In this document: one piece after another, positions 21,329 through 31,235 of the stretch
How positions within the stretch are numbered: the first letter of the stretch is position 1
How the letters are laid out: the number at the start of each line of letters is the position of its first letter
Origin: Trichormus sp. ATA11-4-KO1
GTDB taxonomy: Bacteria; Cyanobacteriota; Cyanobacteriia; Cyanobacteriales; Nostocaceae
Direction: 5' to 3'
DNA length: 64,000 nt
Assembly (NCBI GenBank): GCA_019358915.1
Contig: JAHHIM010000036.1
Span: 192,001-256,000 of the forward strand
The notes under the pieces: generated by a model
Databases searched by the model: none
What the model was told of the DNA's origin: nothing
The model's input: the letters and a program-made list of their open reading frames with translations, nothing else
Translations under genes and position numbers: made by a program

Positions 21329-21934
21329 CTAAATACTCGCTAAAGCCGTGTCGAGTACTTTGGTGTAGTCATCCTTGTTCGGATTATTTTTAAAAATTGT
21401 TAAAATTTTGCCAGTAGCCGGGTCAACAATAGCTACAGTGCTTGTTTGGCTCTTGTTAGCTTCCAGAAATTTACTCAGACCTAATTTTGCTGCCCTAGCT
21501 TCCGTTTCTTTCACTGTGGCTTGATCAGTCACATCCAGAACAACAAAATTGACCTTGCCGGAATATTCCTGTTTCAATTGTGACATGGTGGGAGCAATAT
21601 TCTTGCAGCCAGGACACCAGGTAGCAAACACATCCACCACAACTGGTTTACCTTGAAGTTCTTGGGCTAGAGGACCTCCTACAGAGTTGGCTTTAGCAGC
21701 GCAGGGATTTTTAGCAGCGCATGGGTTTTTAGCAGCGCAAGGATTTTTAGCAGCGCATGGGTTTTTAGCAGCGCATGGGTTTTTAGCAGCGCATGGGTTT
21801 GCCTGAGAAACATCAGTTGATGATGGAGCTTGATTTTGAGAAATATTATCTGGGTTTGTTGCGCTGCATGATACTGTCAAAATAAGACCACTCAAACACA
21901 CTAGACTTAACAAAAATTTGCTCGATTTGTACAT
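21329..21934 (-). CDS. Exported thioredoxin-domain lipoprotein with 6 NPCAAK repeats
   Basis: ATG at 21934 with GAGGAGA RBS; lipobox-like LTVS-C; (NPCAAK)x6; VVVDVFATWCPGC. Confidence 0.85.
   Translation of the reverse strand: MYKSSKFLLSLVCLSGLILTVSCSATNPDNISQNQAPSSTDVSQANPCAAKNPCAAKNPCAAKNPCAAKNPCAAKNPCAAKANSVGGPLAQELQGKPVVVDVFATWCPGCKNIAPTMSQLKQEYSGKVNFVVLDVTDQATVKETEARAAKLGLSKFLEANKSQTSTVAIVDPATGKILTIFKNNPNKDDYTKVLDTALASI
21692..21799 (-). repeat. Six tandem 18-bp coding repeats (NPCAAK)
   Basis: AA(C/T)CC(A/T/C)TGCGCTGCTAAA x6, with synonymous variation only. Confidence 0.95.
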
Positions 21935-22030
21935 TAGGTTCTTCTCCTCACGTTTAAATAGGATGTTTTTTCCACAATGCACCTAGACGTGCATGTTCCG
22001 TTGGTTTTTCCGAGACGAGAAATTGAAATT

Positions 22031-22103
22031 GGAACTGTCAATTGTGGAGCATTTGTTTATAAGACGAATGAGCCATCAAATTTGGATTTATAAATTCAAA
22101 ATG
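22031..22103 (-). promoter_or_regulatory. Conserved upstream element with ECF-sigma-like promoter AATCC-N16-TCGTC (copy 1)
   Basis: Minus strand AATCC aaatttgatggctcat TCGTCTTATAA; clearly homologous to 23076-23150. Confidence 0.6.
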
Positions 22104-22149
22104 TTTTCTTAGCACTAAGTACAACATTTCATTAATTCGTAGCGAATTC

Positions 22150-22325
22150 TTTGCGTACCTCTGCGCATCCCTCTGCACACGACAGTCGCTACAAGTCGGC
22201 AAAGCCTTATGCCTACGGCACGCTACGCGGTAAGCGCAGCTATGCCCGTTAGGGCTTTACGGCAGTTCCTCTTTGGGGAAACCACCAAGACCGGACTGCC
22301 TCACCAACGCGCTGTCTCCCCTTTG
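22150..22325. repeat. Cluster of nested short dispersed repeats between the two exported thioredoxin genes
   Basis: Contains the 41-nt block shared with about 8785-8825, and hairpin GGCAGT...GGGGAAACC...ACTGCC similar to those at about 14017-14060 and 25111-25151. Confidence 0.6.
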
Positions 22326-22441
22326 TGTTTAAATTTCCACCCTCAATTCGCCACGATTTTACGCAAATCTGTACTAAGTGGCGTTTGCAGCCATAAAAAG
22401 CTAGCTTTACCCCTAAAGATAGGGGCAAAGCCATAATTCAA

Positions 22442-22975
22442 TTAATTGTTTGCTAAAGCGGTTTCGAGTATCTTGGTGTAATCAGCCTTATTGGCATTGT
22501 TTTGGTACAGAGCTAAAATGTTGCCAGTAGCCGGGTCAACAATAGCTACTGTGCTTGTTTTGCTCTTATTAGCCTCTAGGAATTTCCCTAGACCTAATTT
22601 TTCAGCTTTAGCTTGCGTTTCTTTGAGTTTGGCCTTATCAGTTACATCCAGAACGACAAAGTTGACCTTGCCGGAGTATTCCTGTTTCAATTGTGACAGG
22701 GTAGGAGCAATATTCTTGCAGCCAGGACACCAAGTCGCAAATACGTCCACTACGACTGGTTTACCTTGAAGTTCTTGGGCTAGAGGCCCTCCCACAGAAT
22801 TGGCTTTAGCAGCACAAGGATTTTTGGACGCACAAGGATTTGCCTGAGCAAGTTTTGTAATTGATGATTGAGCTTCAGTTGCAGAAATACTAGCTGAGGT
22901 TGTTGCTACCATCGATACTGTAAAAACAAGGCTGCTCAAACAGATGTTGAGCAAGAAATTCCCATGTTTGCGCAT
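22442..22975 (-). CDS. Exported (Sec signal) thioredoxin-domain protein with 2 NPCA(S/A)K repeats; paralog of 21329-21934
   Basis: Signal peptide, ANPCASKNPCAAKANSVGGPLAQELQGKPVVVDVFATWCPGC; Trx domain nearly identical to the paralog. Confidence 0.85.
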   Translation of the reverse strand: MRKHGNFLLNICLSSLVFTVSMVATTSASISATEAQSSITKLAQANPCASKNPCAAKANSVGGPLAQELQGKPVVVDVFATWCPGCKNIAPTLSQLKQEYSGKVNFVVLDVTDKAKLKETQAKAEKLGLGKFLEANKSKTSTVAIVDPATGNILALYQNNANKADYTKILETALANN

Positions 22976-23075
22976 ACAATTTTTCCTGTTTTATAGCTTC
23001 AATTGCAGGACGGATGCTGCCACAATGCCAAATACCAAGTTTTGCGGTTTTTCCCTAAAATAGGGAACTAAAACT

Positions 23076-23150
23076 GGAACTGTGAATTTTGGAGCATCTG
23101 CTTATAAGACGACTGAGCTATCAAAATCGGATTTAATTAAATTTAAAATG
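23076..23150 (-). promoter_or_regulatory. Conserved upstream element with ECF-sigma-like promoter AATCC-N16-TCGTC (copy 2)
   Basis: Minus strand AATCC gattttgatagctcag TCGTCTTATAA; same spacing as copy 1. Confidence 0.6.
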
Positions 23151-23212
23151 GTCTAAAAAAACCTACCTTTAAAAGACTGAATCGCCCCCTGAGGGTGTTT
23201 GGAATTGACTCG

Positions 23213-23635
23213 CTAGTCAATGTCAACCATTGGAGCTCGTTCGCCACGACACCATTGAAAGAAATCCCGAGCGTCTAGTACAAGGGAAATTAATACTGTA
23301 CCAGTTACTTCCCAAGCCCACGCCATCAAGAGACTTGAATCAAGTGATTGATAGTAGAAGACGAACAAGAAAGGAATTGGTGTCCACCAAATTAAATGTG
23401 CCAGCCCCAAGAGCTTGACTAAGCCAAAGCGCAGAGCCAGCCAGCCGCCGAAGATAATGTTTCCCATCTGGCAAATACTAACAGCAAGACCAAATGGGTG
23501 AGAAAGGAAGAATAAGGTAGCTACTCCACTGCACAAAATGAGCCACCAAAGCCAAGCTTGCAGATGTCGCGGAAGTCGGGCCAATTGCCTCACAAACCGA
23601 ACGAACGAGTATTTAGGAGAGGTCATAAAGTACAT
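23213..23635 (-). CDS. Hypothetical membrane protein (about 4 TM)
   Basis: Hydrophobic Trp-rich 140-aa ORF, co-oriented with the redox genes. Confidence 0.65.
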   Translation of the reverse strand: MYFMTSPKYSFVRFVRQLARLPRHLQAWLWWLILCSGVATLFFLSHPFGLAVSICQMGNIIFGGWLALRFGLVKLLGLAHLIWWTPIPFLFVFYYQSLDSSLLMAWAWEVTGTVLISLVLDARDFFQWCRGERAPMVDID

Positions 23636-23748
23636 TCAATAAAGTTACTTTACTGAATGTACTTTATTGAGAATGAACTAGTCTCACGCAGAGGCGCAGA
23701 AAGTAAGAGATGGAAATCTTGCATTGTGAATTTTCTACTCGTATTCAG

Positions 23749-24030
23749 CTACTTATGCTGCATAAACTCAACTTTAGGTATTAAAGGGTCAGTCACCATA
23801 CCCACACCACTAAAACCCCAACGTTTGAGTAAGTTTCCCAACTGTGTACCCGGAAGGGATTCTACAGCAAAGCGGTTTGCTACTTCTGCCGCATGGGCGT
23901 TGAGATAACTTAAAGCATCAAAGTGTTCACGAAAGAGCAACAAATAACCTGATGATTCGGCGTTGGGATGAGCTATGAGATAACGTCCATCGGTTTGCGA
24001 TCGCACTATGTAATAAATTTCAGAGAACAT
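23749..24030 (-). CDS. Hypothetical protein
   Basis: 93 aa, 6 nt downstream of the permease; YLLLFREHFDALSYLN...LKRWGFSGVG looks like a real cyanobacterial protein. Confidence 0.7.
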   Translation of the reverse strand: MFSEIYYIVRSQTDGRYLIAHPNAESSGYLLLFREHFDALSYLNAHAAEVANRFAVESLPGTQLGNLLKRWGFSGVGMVTDPLIPKVEFMQHK

Positions 24031-24036
24031 ACTAAA

Positions 24037-25077
24037 TTAAGATTCCAGACGAATCCTGGGGTCGGCTACCTTTAACAATAAATCTGCCATTAAGTTGCCG
24101 ATATTCAGCAGTACGGCACTCATTACTAGGCTAGCCATGACTAGATACTGGTCTTTAGCCATCACCGCCTGCAAAGTCAATCTTCCTAAACCAGGCCAGT
24201 TAAAGAACTGTTCCGCAATGAATGCACCACCTAATAAACCAGCTAACTCAAAGCCTAACAAAGTAATCAAAGGGTTGATAGCATTACGCAGCGCATGAAC
24301 GTAAATCACGCGATTTTCTGGTAGTCCCTTGGCACGTGCTGTTTGGATGTAATCTTGACGTAGAACATCTAATAATTCACCGCGAGTGATTCTTTGCAAA
24401 CCAGCAAAACTAGTGATACTCAAGGCTACAGTAGGTAAAATCAGATGCCAGCCAATATCGATGATTTTACCAAACCAAGAAAAATCAGCATGATTGATAC
24501 TAGTCATGCCACCCACTGGAAAAATAGGTGAGGTCATTTGCGCAAAGATGAGCAGGAAGAGGGCTGTAATGAAACTAGGAAATCCTTGCCCAGTGTAACT
24601 AATTACCTGTAAAATTCGGTCAGTGGCTCGATTTTGCTTCACAGCAGCCAAAATCCCCAAAGGAATTGCTATTGACCAGGTGAAAAACAAAGAAGCGATC
24701 GCTAAAAGTAAAGTTGCTGGTATCCGCTCCCACAATAAAGAAGCTACTGAGCGTTGGTAAACAAAACTTGTCCCAAAATCCCCTTTTGTCAAGATTTGCC
24801 ATAACCACAGCCAAAACTGCTCTGGCCAAGATTTATCCAAACCAAACTGCTGTCTTAATTCCTCAATTCGCTCTGGAGAAATTGTCGGATTTTGTCGCAG
24901 GGTATCGACATAATCCCCTGGAGATAATTTCATGATGAAAAATGACAGCGCCGTTGCCAAAAACAAGGTGAACAGTGCTTGCAATATCCGTTTCACCACA
25001 TAAACAAAGGTCTCACTAGTGACTAGCCGCATCAGCCAATCCCGACCTGTCTCCAAGGAAATTCTCGTAGAAGTCAT
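24037..25077 (-). CDS. Peptide/nickel ABC transporter permease (OppB/DppB family)
   Basis: GLDKSW.EQFW, GDFGTSF, DYIQTARAKGL...HALRNA, EQFFNWPGLG. Confidence 0.9.
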   Translation of the reverse strand: MTSTRISLETGRDWLMRLVTSETFVYVVKRILQALFTLFLATALSFFIMKLSPGDYVDTLRQNPTISPERIEELRQQFGLDKSWPEQFWLWLWQILTKGDFGTSFVYQRSVASLLWERIPATLLLAIASLFFTWSIAIPLGILAAVKQNRATDRILQVISYTGQGFPSFITALFLLIFAQMTSPIFPVGGMTSINHADFSWFGKIIDIGWHLILPTVALSITSFAGLQRITRGELLDVLRQDYIQTARAKGLPENRVIYVHALRNAINPLITLLGFELAGLLGGAFIAEQFFNWPGLGRLTLQAVMAKDQYLVMASLVMSAVLLNIGNLMADLLLKVADPRIRLES

Positions 25078-25230
25078 AGCAGTTTAGTCATTGGTCACTG
25101 GTCATTGGTGAGTCAGTGCGGTCTTGGGGGAAACCCCCATGAGCAACTGACGCTCGTCGTAGACGTGCCGTAGGCATCACCCGAAGGGTCATTAGTCATT
25201 GGCTGAGGAAATAGGACAAAGCACACATGA

Positions 25231-25749
25231 CTAATATTCAATTAGGGAAATAATAGGCACATCTGGGAGATGTTTCCGTCCTTGTAAATCCCGTAGCTCG
25301 ATAATAAACCCAAAACCCACCAGTTCGCAGCCAATCTTTTGTACCAACTTAGCTGTGGCACTTGCTGTGCCACCTGTGGCAATCAAATCATCCACAATTA
25401 AAACACGGCTATCTGGGTGCAACGCGTCTTGATGCATTTCCAAACAGTCTGTACCATACTCTAGTTGATATTCAATGGAGTGAACTGCTGCTGGTAGTTT
25501 CCCCGGTTTCCGCACAGGAATAAAACCAGCTCCTAATTTATAAGCTAAAGGAGGGCCAAAAATGAATCCCCTAGACTCCATGCCTACAACATAATCTGCT
25601 GTTAATCCAGACTCAATGCATTTTTCCGTAAAAAAGTCAATAGTGTAGCGTAATCCTTCTGGATCACGCAGTAAAGTAGTAATATCCCGAAATAAAATTC
25701 CGGGTTTGGGAAAATCTGGGATGTTGCGAATTAGAGACTTTAAATCCAT
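25231..25749 (-). CDS. apt: Adenine phosphoribosyltransferase
   Basis: [41 protein letters not shown]. Confidence 0.96.
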   Translation of the reverse strand: MDLKSLIRNIPDFPKPGILFRDITTLLRDPEGLRYTIDFFTEKCIESGLTADYVVGMESRGFIFGPPLAYKLGAGFIPVRKPGKLPAAVHSIEYQLEYGTDCLEMHQDALHPDSRVLIVDDLIATGGTASATAKLVQKIGCELVGFGFIIELRDLQGRKHLPDVPIISLIEY

Positions 25750-25810
25750 AAGTTTATGAGGGAGTAGGGAGACGGGGAGTACGGGAGCAGGGGAGCAGGG
25801 GAGCAGTAAT

Positions 25811-25882
25811 GTAATTTTTGGAGTTACCTAAATATATAAGTTTTTTTCTCTTCCGCCCCTCTGCCTCTTTCCAGTCCCCAAT
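25811..25882. repeat. About 70-bp dispersed repeat (second copy at about 49343-49416)
   Basis: TAATTTTTGGAGTTACCTAA(A)TATA(TA)AGTTTTT...CCCCTCTG...CCAGTCCCCAA in both places. Confidence 0.7.
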
Positions 25883-26192
25883 ACCTGAAAAATCGTACAC
25901 TATAATGTCATACGCTGGGGATCGAGACTCTAGTACAAAAATCCATTGACGATACTGAGAATCTACACCAATCTAAAGATAAGCTGGTACTAACAAAACA
26001 GGAGAGTAAACTGAGGCTTTGAAAACTTAAATTTAAGTATACGGAAATCTTTGAGTAGAGCAAGTAAGTGATGTATATATCAGTTAGACTGGCTACTGCC
26101 ACAAGTCTAATTTTCTGGTTTAGCTACTTATCTTAAATTAGTTGTACTAGTTTTATTTAGTCTGTTTAGAACCGCACAAGGTATTTTAGAGC

Positions 26193-26819
26193 ATGAATGT
26201 CTCCGCCAGCTTAACGCCGTTGAATAGTCCAACCCCTCCATCATTGCCGATGATTCTGGATACTTTACCAGACCCTGCCATAGCAGCACAGGGTTGTCCT
26301 GCTAGAACCCGGCTGCAAGTTGACCTAATTTTACTGGCGATTGAAGCTTTAGAGCTTGGTGGTTCTGAAGCCATTCTGACTTTTGCTGAAGAATTAGAAT
26401 TAAAGGGAATTATTAAAGACCGGGTGAATTTGTGGAGAATGCGTAGCTCTAACCCGATGCGACGAGCGCATATTCGCCGTCCCTTAACCATTATGGAGGC
26501 AAAAGCTTTAGTGGTAATTGCTTGTTATATAGCGCGGCGTTTAACAGTCGTCATTCGCCAGATGCTGATGATATATCAGCAAATGAGTGAAAAGCAAATC
26601 CCACTAGAACAGAATTTGCGGCTATCTAATTATCTAGAGCGGTTTAGAGTACATTTTAAAAGTCGGATGAATGCTCGACGTTCTGGCTTACTAGCATTAA
26701 CTTCTGATGAAAAATTAGATGAGCTAGCAATGAATTTGTTGGGACAATTATTATTTTGTACTGGCACTGCTGGAATGCAGCGATTTTGGATTAGTCTTTT
26801 TGACGGTGAAATAGAATGA
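26193..26819 (+). CDS. DUF3038-type conserved cyanobacterial protein
   Basis: DLILLAIEAL...RVNLWRMRSSNPMRR...LLFCTGTAGMQRFWISLFDGE. Confidence 0.8.
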   Translation: MNVSASLTPLNSPTPPSLPMILDTLPDPAIAAQGCPARTRLQVDLILLAIEALELGGSEAILTFAEELELKGIIKDRVNLWRMRSSNPMRRAHIRRPLTIMEAKALVVIACYIARRLTVVIRQMLMIYQQMSEKQIPLEQNLRLSNYLERFRVHFKSRMNARRSGLLALTSDEKLDELAMNLLGQLLFCTGTAGMQRFWISLFDGEIE

Positions 26820-28276
26820 ATATCCAACGTAAGTACAGTCTACCTAATTGTACTCTGCTGTTAGAGGGTTTGAGTGACGCAGCAAAAACTGCACAATATC
26901 AAGAAATGCGCCCAGAACTATCAATATTGGTAAATGCCGAATGCTATATACATGGCTATAATCAGCCCCTAGTGGGAGGGCGAGAATTTTTTGAAAGCTT
27001 GGTAAGAGCGGTGAGTGGCTATGCCCAAGAATTTTTGAGTAATGTGTCTAACCCCCAAGCGCACAGTCAAGAGTCAGAATTAGTGGAGTTACAGAAAATT
27101 GACACTAATCGACACAGGCTGACTGTACATTCGGAAATCACCTCAGAGGGCTTTGAATCTAATCCTAACTATAATAAACCGCCCATTCAAATAGATTTGA
27201 ATACGGTGCAATTATTTGATTTAGTGGAAGCTGTAGACCAGTTTTTTGCTGATACCCAAACCTTACCAGAGTTGTCATTAGAATTACGACCAGTTGCTCG
27301 ACGTTACGGCAGTAATAATCAAACCTTCTTCAAGCAGGCAGTACCGGCGAGTATCGGCGTTTCCAGTGTAGCAGTGGCCGCGATCGCCTTTAGCTTGATT
27401 CCCGCCCCAGAGTTACGTCCACCAGAACCCAAACCAGAGGAGCAGACTACCTCTACAGCACCTAGCAACAAATCTGCTACACCACCAACAACAACACCCC
27501 CAGATTTAGAGACTCCTGCATCAAATTCTGTGGCTGTCGCCAGTCCCACACCGACCCCCACAGCAGAATCAACACCAGTAGTTACAGATTTAGCAGCACT
27601 CTTAAACACAGTTACAGAAATTACAGATCCATCCCAACTACGCGCCCTAAATCGCCAAGTTTATAACCAAATTAATCCAACTTGGGCTAGTCGTTCAACA
27701 CTCCAGCAAGATTTAGTCTATCGTGTGGGTGTAGCGGCAGATGGTGCGATCGTCGGCTATAAAGCGGTAAATAAAGGAGCCAATGAAGCAATAGAGTTAA
27801 CTCCTTTGCCCAAACTGCTTTACAATCCTGCCAACCGTCCGCCGATTTCTAATGAACCAATAGCCCAATTTAAAGTAGTTTTTACCACCCAAGGTGTCCT
27901 GGAAGTTAGCCCTTGGCGAGGATATGCCAGAATACCAGAGGTCATCGGTGCAAAAATCACTGACTCTAACACAGTTAAAACTTTAAACCAAAAACTTTAT
28001 GATGTAGTTCGCGACAATTGGGGTGGTACTCCTAGTTATACAAGCGATTTAAAATATCGGGTAGCAGTAAACAAAGATGGCATGATTGCCGACTATGAAC
28101 CACTTAACCAAGTCGCCTTTGACTATTTTCGAGAAACACCCCTACCAAAGATGTTTCAAGAGATTTATGGTTCCAATGTGGCGGCTCCCAATAACAAAGA
28201 ACCTCTCGCGCATTTTCAAGTAGTCTTCAAACCCAGTGGCGTATTAGAAGTGACTCCTTGGCAAGGGTATAAGTGA
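26816..28276 (+). CDS. DUF4335-type protein
   Basis: RKYSLPNCTLLLEGL N-terminus, QLFDLVEAVDQF, one TM, two C-terminal repeats; 4-nt overlap with the previous gene. Confidence 0.78.
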   Translation: MNIQRKYSLPNCTLLLEGLSDAAKTAQYQEMRPELSILVNAECYIHGYNQPLVGGREFFESLVRAVSGYAQEFLSNVSNPQAHSQESELVELQKIDTNRHRLTVHSEITSEGFESNPNYNKPPIQIDLNTVQLFDLVEAVDQFFADTQTLPELSLELRPVARRYGSNNQTFFKQAVPASIGVSSVAVAAIAFSLIPAPELRPPEPKPEEQTTSTAPSNKSATPPTTTPPDLETPASNSVAVASPTPTPTAESTPVVTDLAALLNTVTEITDPSQLRALNRQVYNQINPTWASRSTLQQDLVYRVGVAADGAIVGYKAVNKGANEAIELTPLPKLLYNPANRPPISNEPIAQFKVVFTTQGVLEVSPWRGYARIPEVIGAKITDSNTVKTLNQKLYDVVRDNWGGTPSYTSDLKYRVAVNKDGMIADYEPLNQVAFDYFRETPLPKMFQEIYGSNVAAPNNKEPLAHFQVVFKPSGVLEVTPWQGYK

Positions 28277-28295
28277 TTGGAGATGGGGGGATGGG

Positions 28296-28468
28296 CAGGG
28301 CTGTTTCATTCCCTAAAAGGGTTAAAATTGCAAGGGCAAATCCACAATTAAGACCGAAAATTTTGGCATCTTCAGTCCGAAATACCTGATTTTTCTTTGC
28401 GTCTTTGCGCCTTTGCGTGAGATTATCCTCTTGACAAATCTCCAACACAAGCGAATGAAACAGCCCTG
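28296..28468. mobile_element. 173-bp MITE, copy 2
   Basis: Perfect 16-bp TIR CAGGGCTGTTTCATTC/GAATGAAACAGCCCTG; flanks GGGGGATGGG (left) and GG+GGGGGATGGG (right); interior matches copy 1. Confidence 0.9.
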
Positions 28469-28529
28469 GGGGGGGATGGGGGGATGGGGAAGCATTTTCG
28501 TTCTTGACCCCTTGTCCTCCCCACTCCCC

Positions 28530-30797
28530 TTATCTTGTAATTTGCCTCATATAACTGCCCCACAACTGAGCTGCTTGGGCACTGCTGCCGGATGTGGGAG
28601 AATTATTGTCATTACCTAGCCAAATACCAGTGACGAGTCGCCGATTGGGAATAAAGCCTATGTACCATAGGTCAACATTTTTATCGGTCGTACCAGTTTT
28701 ACCAGCTTCCCCAAGTCCAATAGCCGCAGCACGTCCGGTACCATTAGTCACTACCTGGCGCATCATCCGGGTCATTTCGTCGGCTACGCCTGCGGGTAAG
28801 ACGCGCTTATTGGCTTCGCGATTTTGGTCAAAGGAATAAATGACACGGCAGGTTTTAAAATCGTTGCGATCGCTACAATCACCACTATCCAAAATCCGGC
28901 TAATTGCATGGGGTGGATTCCATACGCCACGATTGCTAATAGCACCGAAAGCACCAGTCATTTCTAACACATTGACCACGCTTTGACCCAGCACTAAGCC
29001 AGGAACTGCCTCTAGTGAAGACTTTACCCCCATACGCTTTGCCATGGCTACTACTCTATTTAGCCCTACGTCCTGGGCAATTCGCAGGGCGATAGGATTT
29101 TCCGACAGGGCTAGCCCCGTAGTCATATTTAAAAAATTATTAGCGCCAGTCCTACAGGGTCTGTAGGTAAAGCCTTGCCAAGGGAAAGCAGCACAAGAAT
29201 AAGTCTTGGATGCTGGTATTCCTTGCTCTAGAGCGGCGGCGTAAGCAAAAACTTTAAAGGTAGAACCCGGTTGTCTTTGAGCTTGAACAGCACGATTAAA
29301 CTGGCTGCTTCTAAAATCAGTTCCGCCTACCATAGACAAAATACTACCGCTTCTAGAGTCAAGGGTAACGATCGCTCCTTGAGAAAAGCGCAAGGTTGAC
29401 CCAGCGTTGCTCACTGAATTACGTAACGAGGTTTCTGCTTGGGCTTGAATTCCTGGATCAAGCTGAGTTTCAATAATATAGTTACCTTCTCTAGCAGCGC
29501 CTTCCCCCAAGATTGATTCTAGTTCCTGGAAAACGTAACTATAAAAGTAAGGAGCAATGGTAGCGGCTTGCTGCTCGCAGACTTTGGGGCTAATTTGCAC
29601 AGTTGAGCGTCTGGCTCGGTTGGCTTCCTCTGGTGAAATTTTGCCCATGTCTAACATCCGCCTAATCACGCGATTGCGGTATTCAGAAGCGTCTAATCTA
29701 TTCGAGCCACCACAAAAATTGAAAGCGTTGGGAGCAGGTAAAATTCCCACTAATGTCGCAGCTTCCGCTAGCGTTAATTCTTTGGCTGACTTCTCAAAGT
29801 AATACTGAGCCGCATCTTCAAAGCCGGAGGTATCTACACCCAAAAATACCCGATTTAAATACGTCAGCAAGATTTCATCTTTGCTGTAAAAAGTTTCTAA
29901 CTTGAGGGAAACAATTGCTTCCCGCAGTTTGCGTCCCAAGGAATCTTGAGCGCCAACGTAGTCCCTAAACAAACTCCGGGCTACTTGCTGGGTAACAGTA
30001 CTAGCTCCTTGCTGCACATCACCACTGCGGGTATTAACCAACACGGCTCGCAAAATTCCCAATGGATCGACCCCAAAGTGCCAATAGTAACGACTATCTT
30101 CGGAAGCTACCACGGCTGCGGGCAAATAAGGGCCAAAGTCCTGCAAACGCTTCATATCCACGTGTGAGGTAGTCCGAGGCTCACGCAGGGGAGTCGAGCC
30201 ATCACGGGCATAAATAACTACTGGAGCGCGAGTAGCTGTGGGTAAAGGTCTTACGGAAAATTTCAGCCATTCCACGCCTACGACCAATGCCACTAAGGCA
30301 CTGACACCGCCAACACCATAAGCAGCCCAAGATGCCGCTTTGATGTGCAAAGGTGGTGGATCGACATATTGCAGTCGCACAGAAGCTGCTAGTTCTGGTG
30401 GCCCTAAGGTAAAAATATCACCGTGACGCAGTTCTAAAGAATTGATGCGGCGCTTACCACGATATATCCCGTTTGTGGAGTTTTCATCTTTGATCACAAA
30501 AACGGGGGTGCGTTGAGTCGAATCCCGCGATAGTGACAGGTGAATTTGGCTGACAACTGGGTTGCGAATGACTATATCACAGGATTTGGAACTGCGACCG
30601 AGGATGTAGCGATCGCCCAAAAGCGGATATACCTCTGCCTTATCCGCCCCCGCATCCTGCACCCATATTTCTGGTACTTTGGCATTAGGCTTGAGCGCCA
30701 GCTTAGAAAAGTCAACCTTAGCTTGAATTGTATGTACTGCTTGAGTCAGTTGACCAAGTAAAGTTTGCGGCTTGTGAGGAGGTTGGGGGGAACTCAT
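28530..30797 (-). CDS. Class A penicillin-binding protein (transglycosylase/transpeptidase) with N-terminal FHA domain
   Basis: FHA (ILGRSS...VSQIH...STNG), EDSRYYWHFGVD, GASTVTQQ, RKLRE, PGSTFK (SxxK), SEN, GKTGT. Confidence 0.92.
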   Translation of the reverse strand: MSSPQPPHKPQTLLGQLTQAVHTIQAKVDFSKLALKPNAKVPEIWVQDAGADKAEVYPLLGDRYILGRSSKSCDIVIRNPVVSQIHLSLSRDSTQRTPVFVIKDENSTNGIYRGKRRINSLELRHGDIFTLGPPELAASVRLQYVDPPPLHIKAASWAAYGVGGVSALVALVVGVEWLKFSVRPLPTATRAPVVIYARDGSTPLREPRTTSHVDMKRLQDFGPYLPAAVVASEDSRYYWHFGVDPLGILRAVLVNTRSGDVQQGASTVTQQVARSLFRDYVGAQDSLGRKLREAIVSLKLETFYSKDEILLTYLNRVFLGVDTSGFEDAAQYYFEKSAKELTLAEAATLVGILPAPNAFNFCGGSNRLDASEYRNRVIRRMLDMGKISPEEANRARRSTVQISPKVCEQQAATIAPYFYSYVFQELESILGEGAAREGNYIIETQLDPGIQAQAETSLRNSVSNAGSTLRFSQGAIVTLDSRSGSILSMVGGTDFRSSQFNRAVQAQRQPGSTFKVFAYAAALEQGIPASKTYSCAAFPWQGFTYRPCRTGANNFLNMTTGLALSENPIALRIAQDVGLNRVVAMAKRMGVKSSLEAVPGLVLGQSVVNVLEMTGAFGAISNRGVWNPPHAISRILDSGDCSDRNDFKTCRVIYSFDQNREANKRVLPAGVADEMTRMMRQVVTNGTGRAAAIGLGEAGKTGTTDKNVDLWYIGFIPNRRLVTGIWLGNDNNSPTSGSSAQAAQLWGSYMRQITR

Positions 30798-31235
30798 CGG
30801 CTATTCACATCACAGTTATTGGCAAAGATCGGGCGAATGACAATCTGGATACAGATCTTCCACCATTTTACTCATAAGCCAAAAAATAAATTGGCTGTAC
30901 GGAATTCTTGCCGATTCCATCTTACACCAAGCCCATATTGCCCCAGTAAATTTACTTTATTGGCTTAGTTACTGTTTTATATGTGTAAAAATTTTCTTTT
31001 CTAGTCTTTTATGCTGATTTGATCTATTATTTTTTAGGCAATGATCAGGGTTATTACTTGCGCTTTTGTATTGCTCAAAACTAGTGAGTAATTTCCAGCA
31101 AATTTAAAGTTTACATCTGAAGATATCCTTACATTTTGCCGGAAATTTATACATCTTCATTTAGGCAGATTTTCTCCAATCAGTTGTCTGATTTAATTGG
31201 CGGAATGTTCTGTTTCCGTTGAGGTGAATTTCAGA

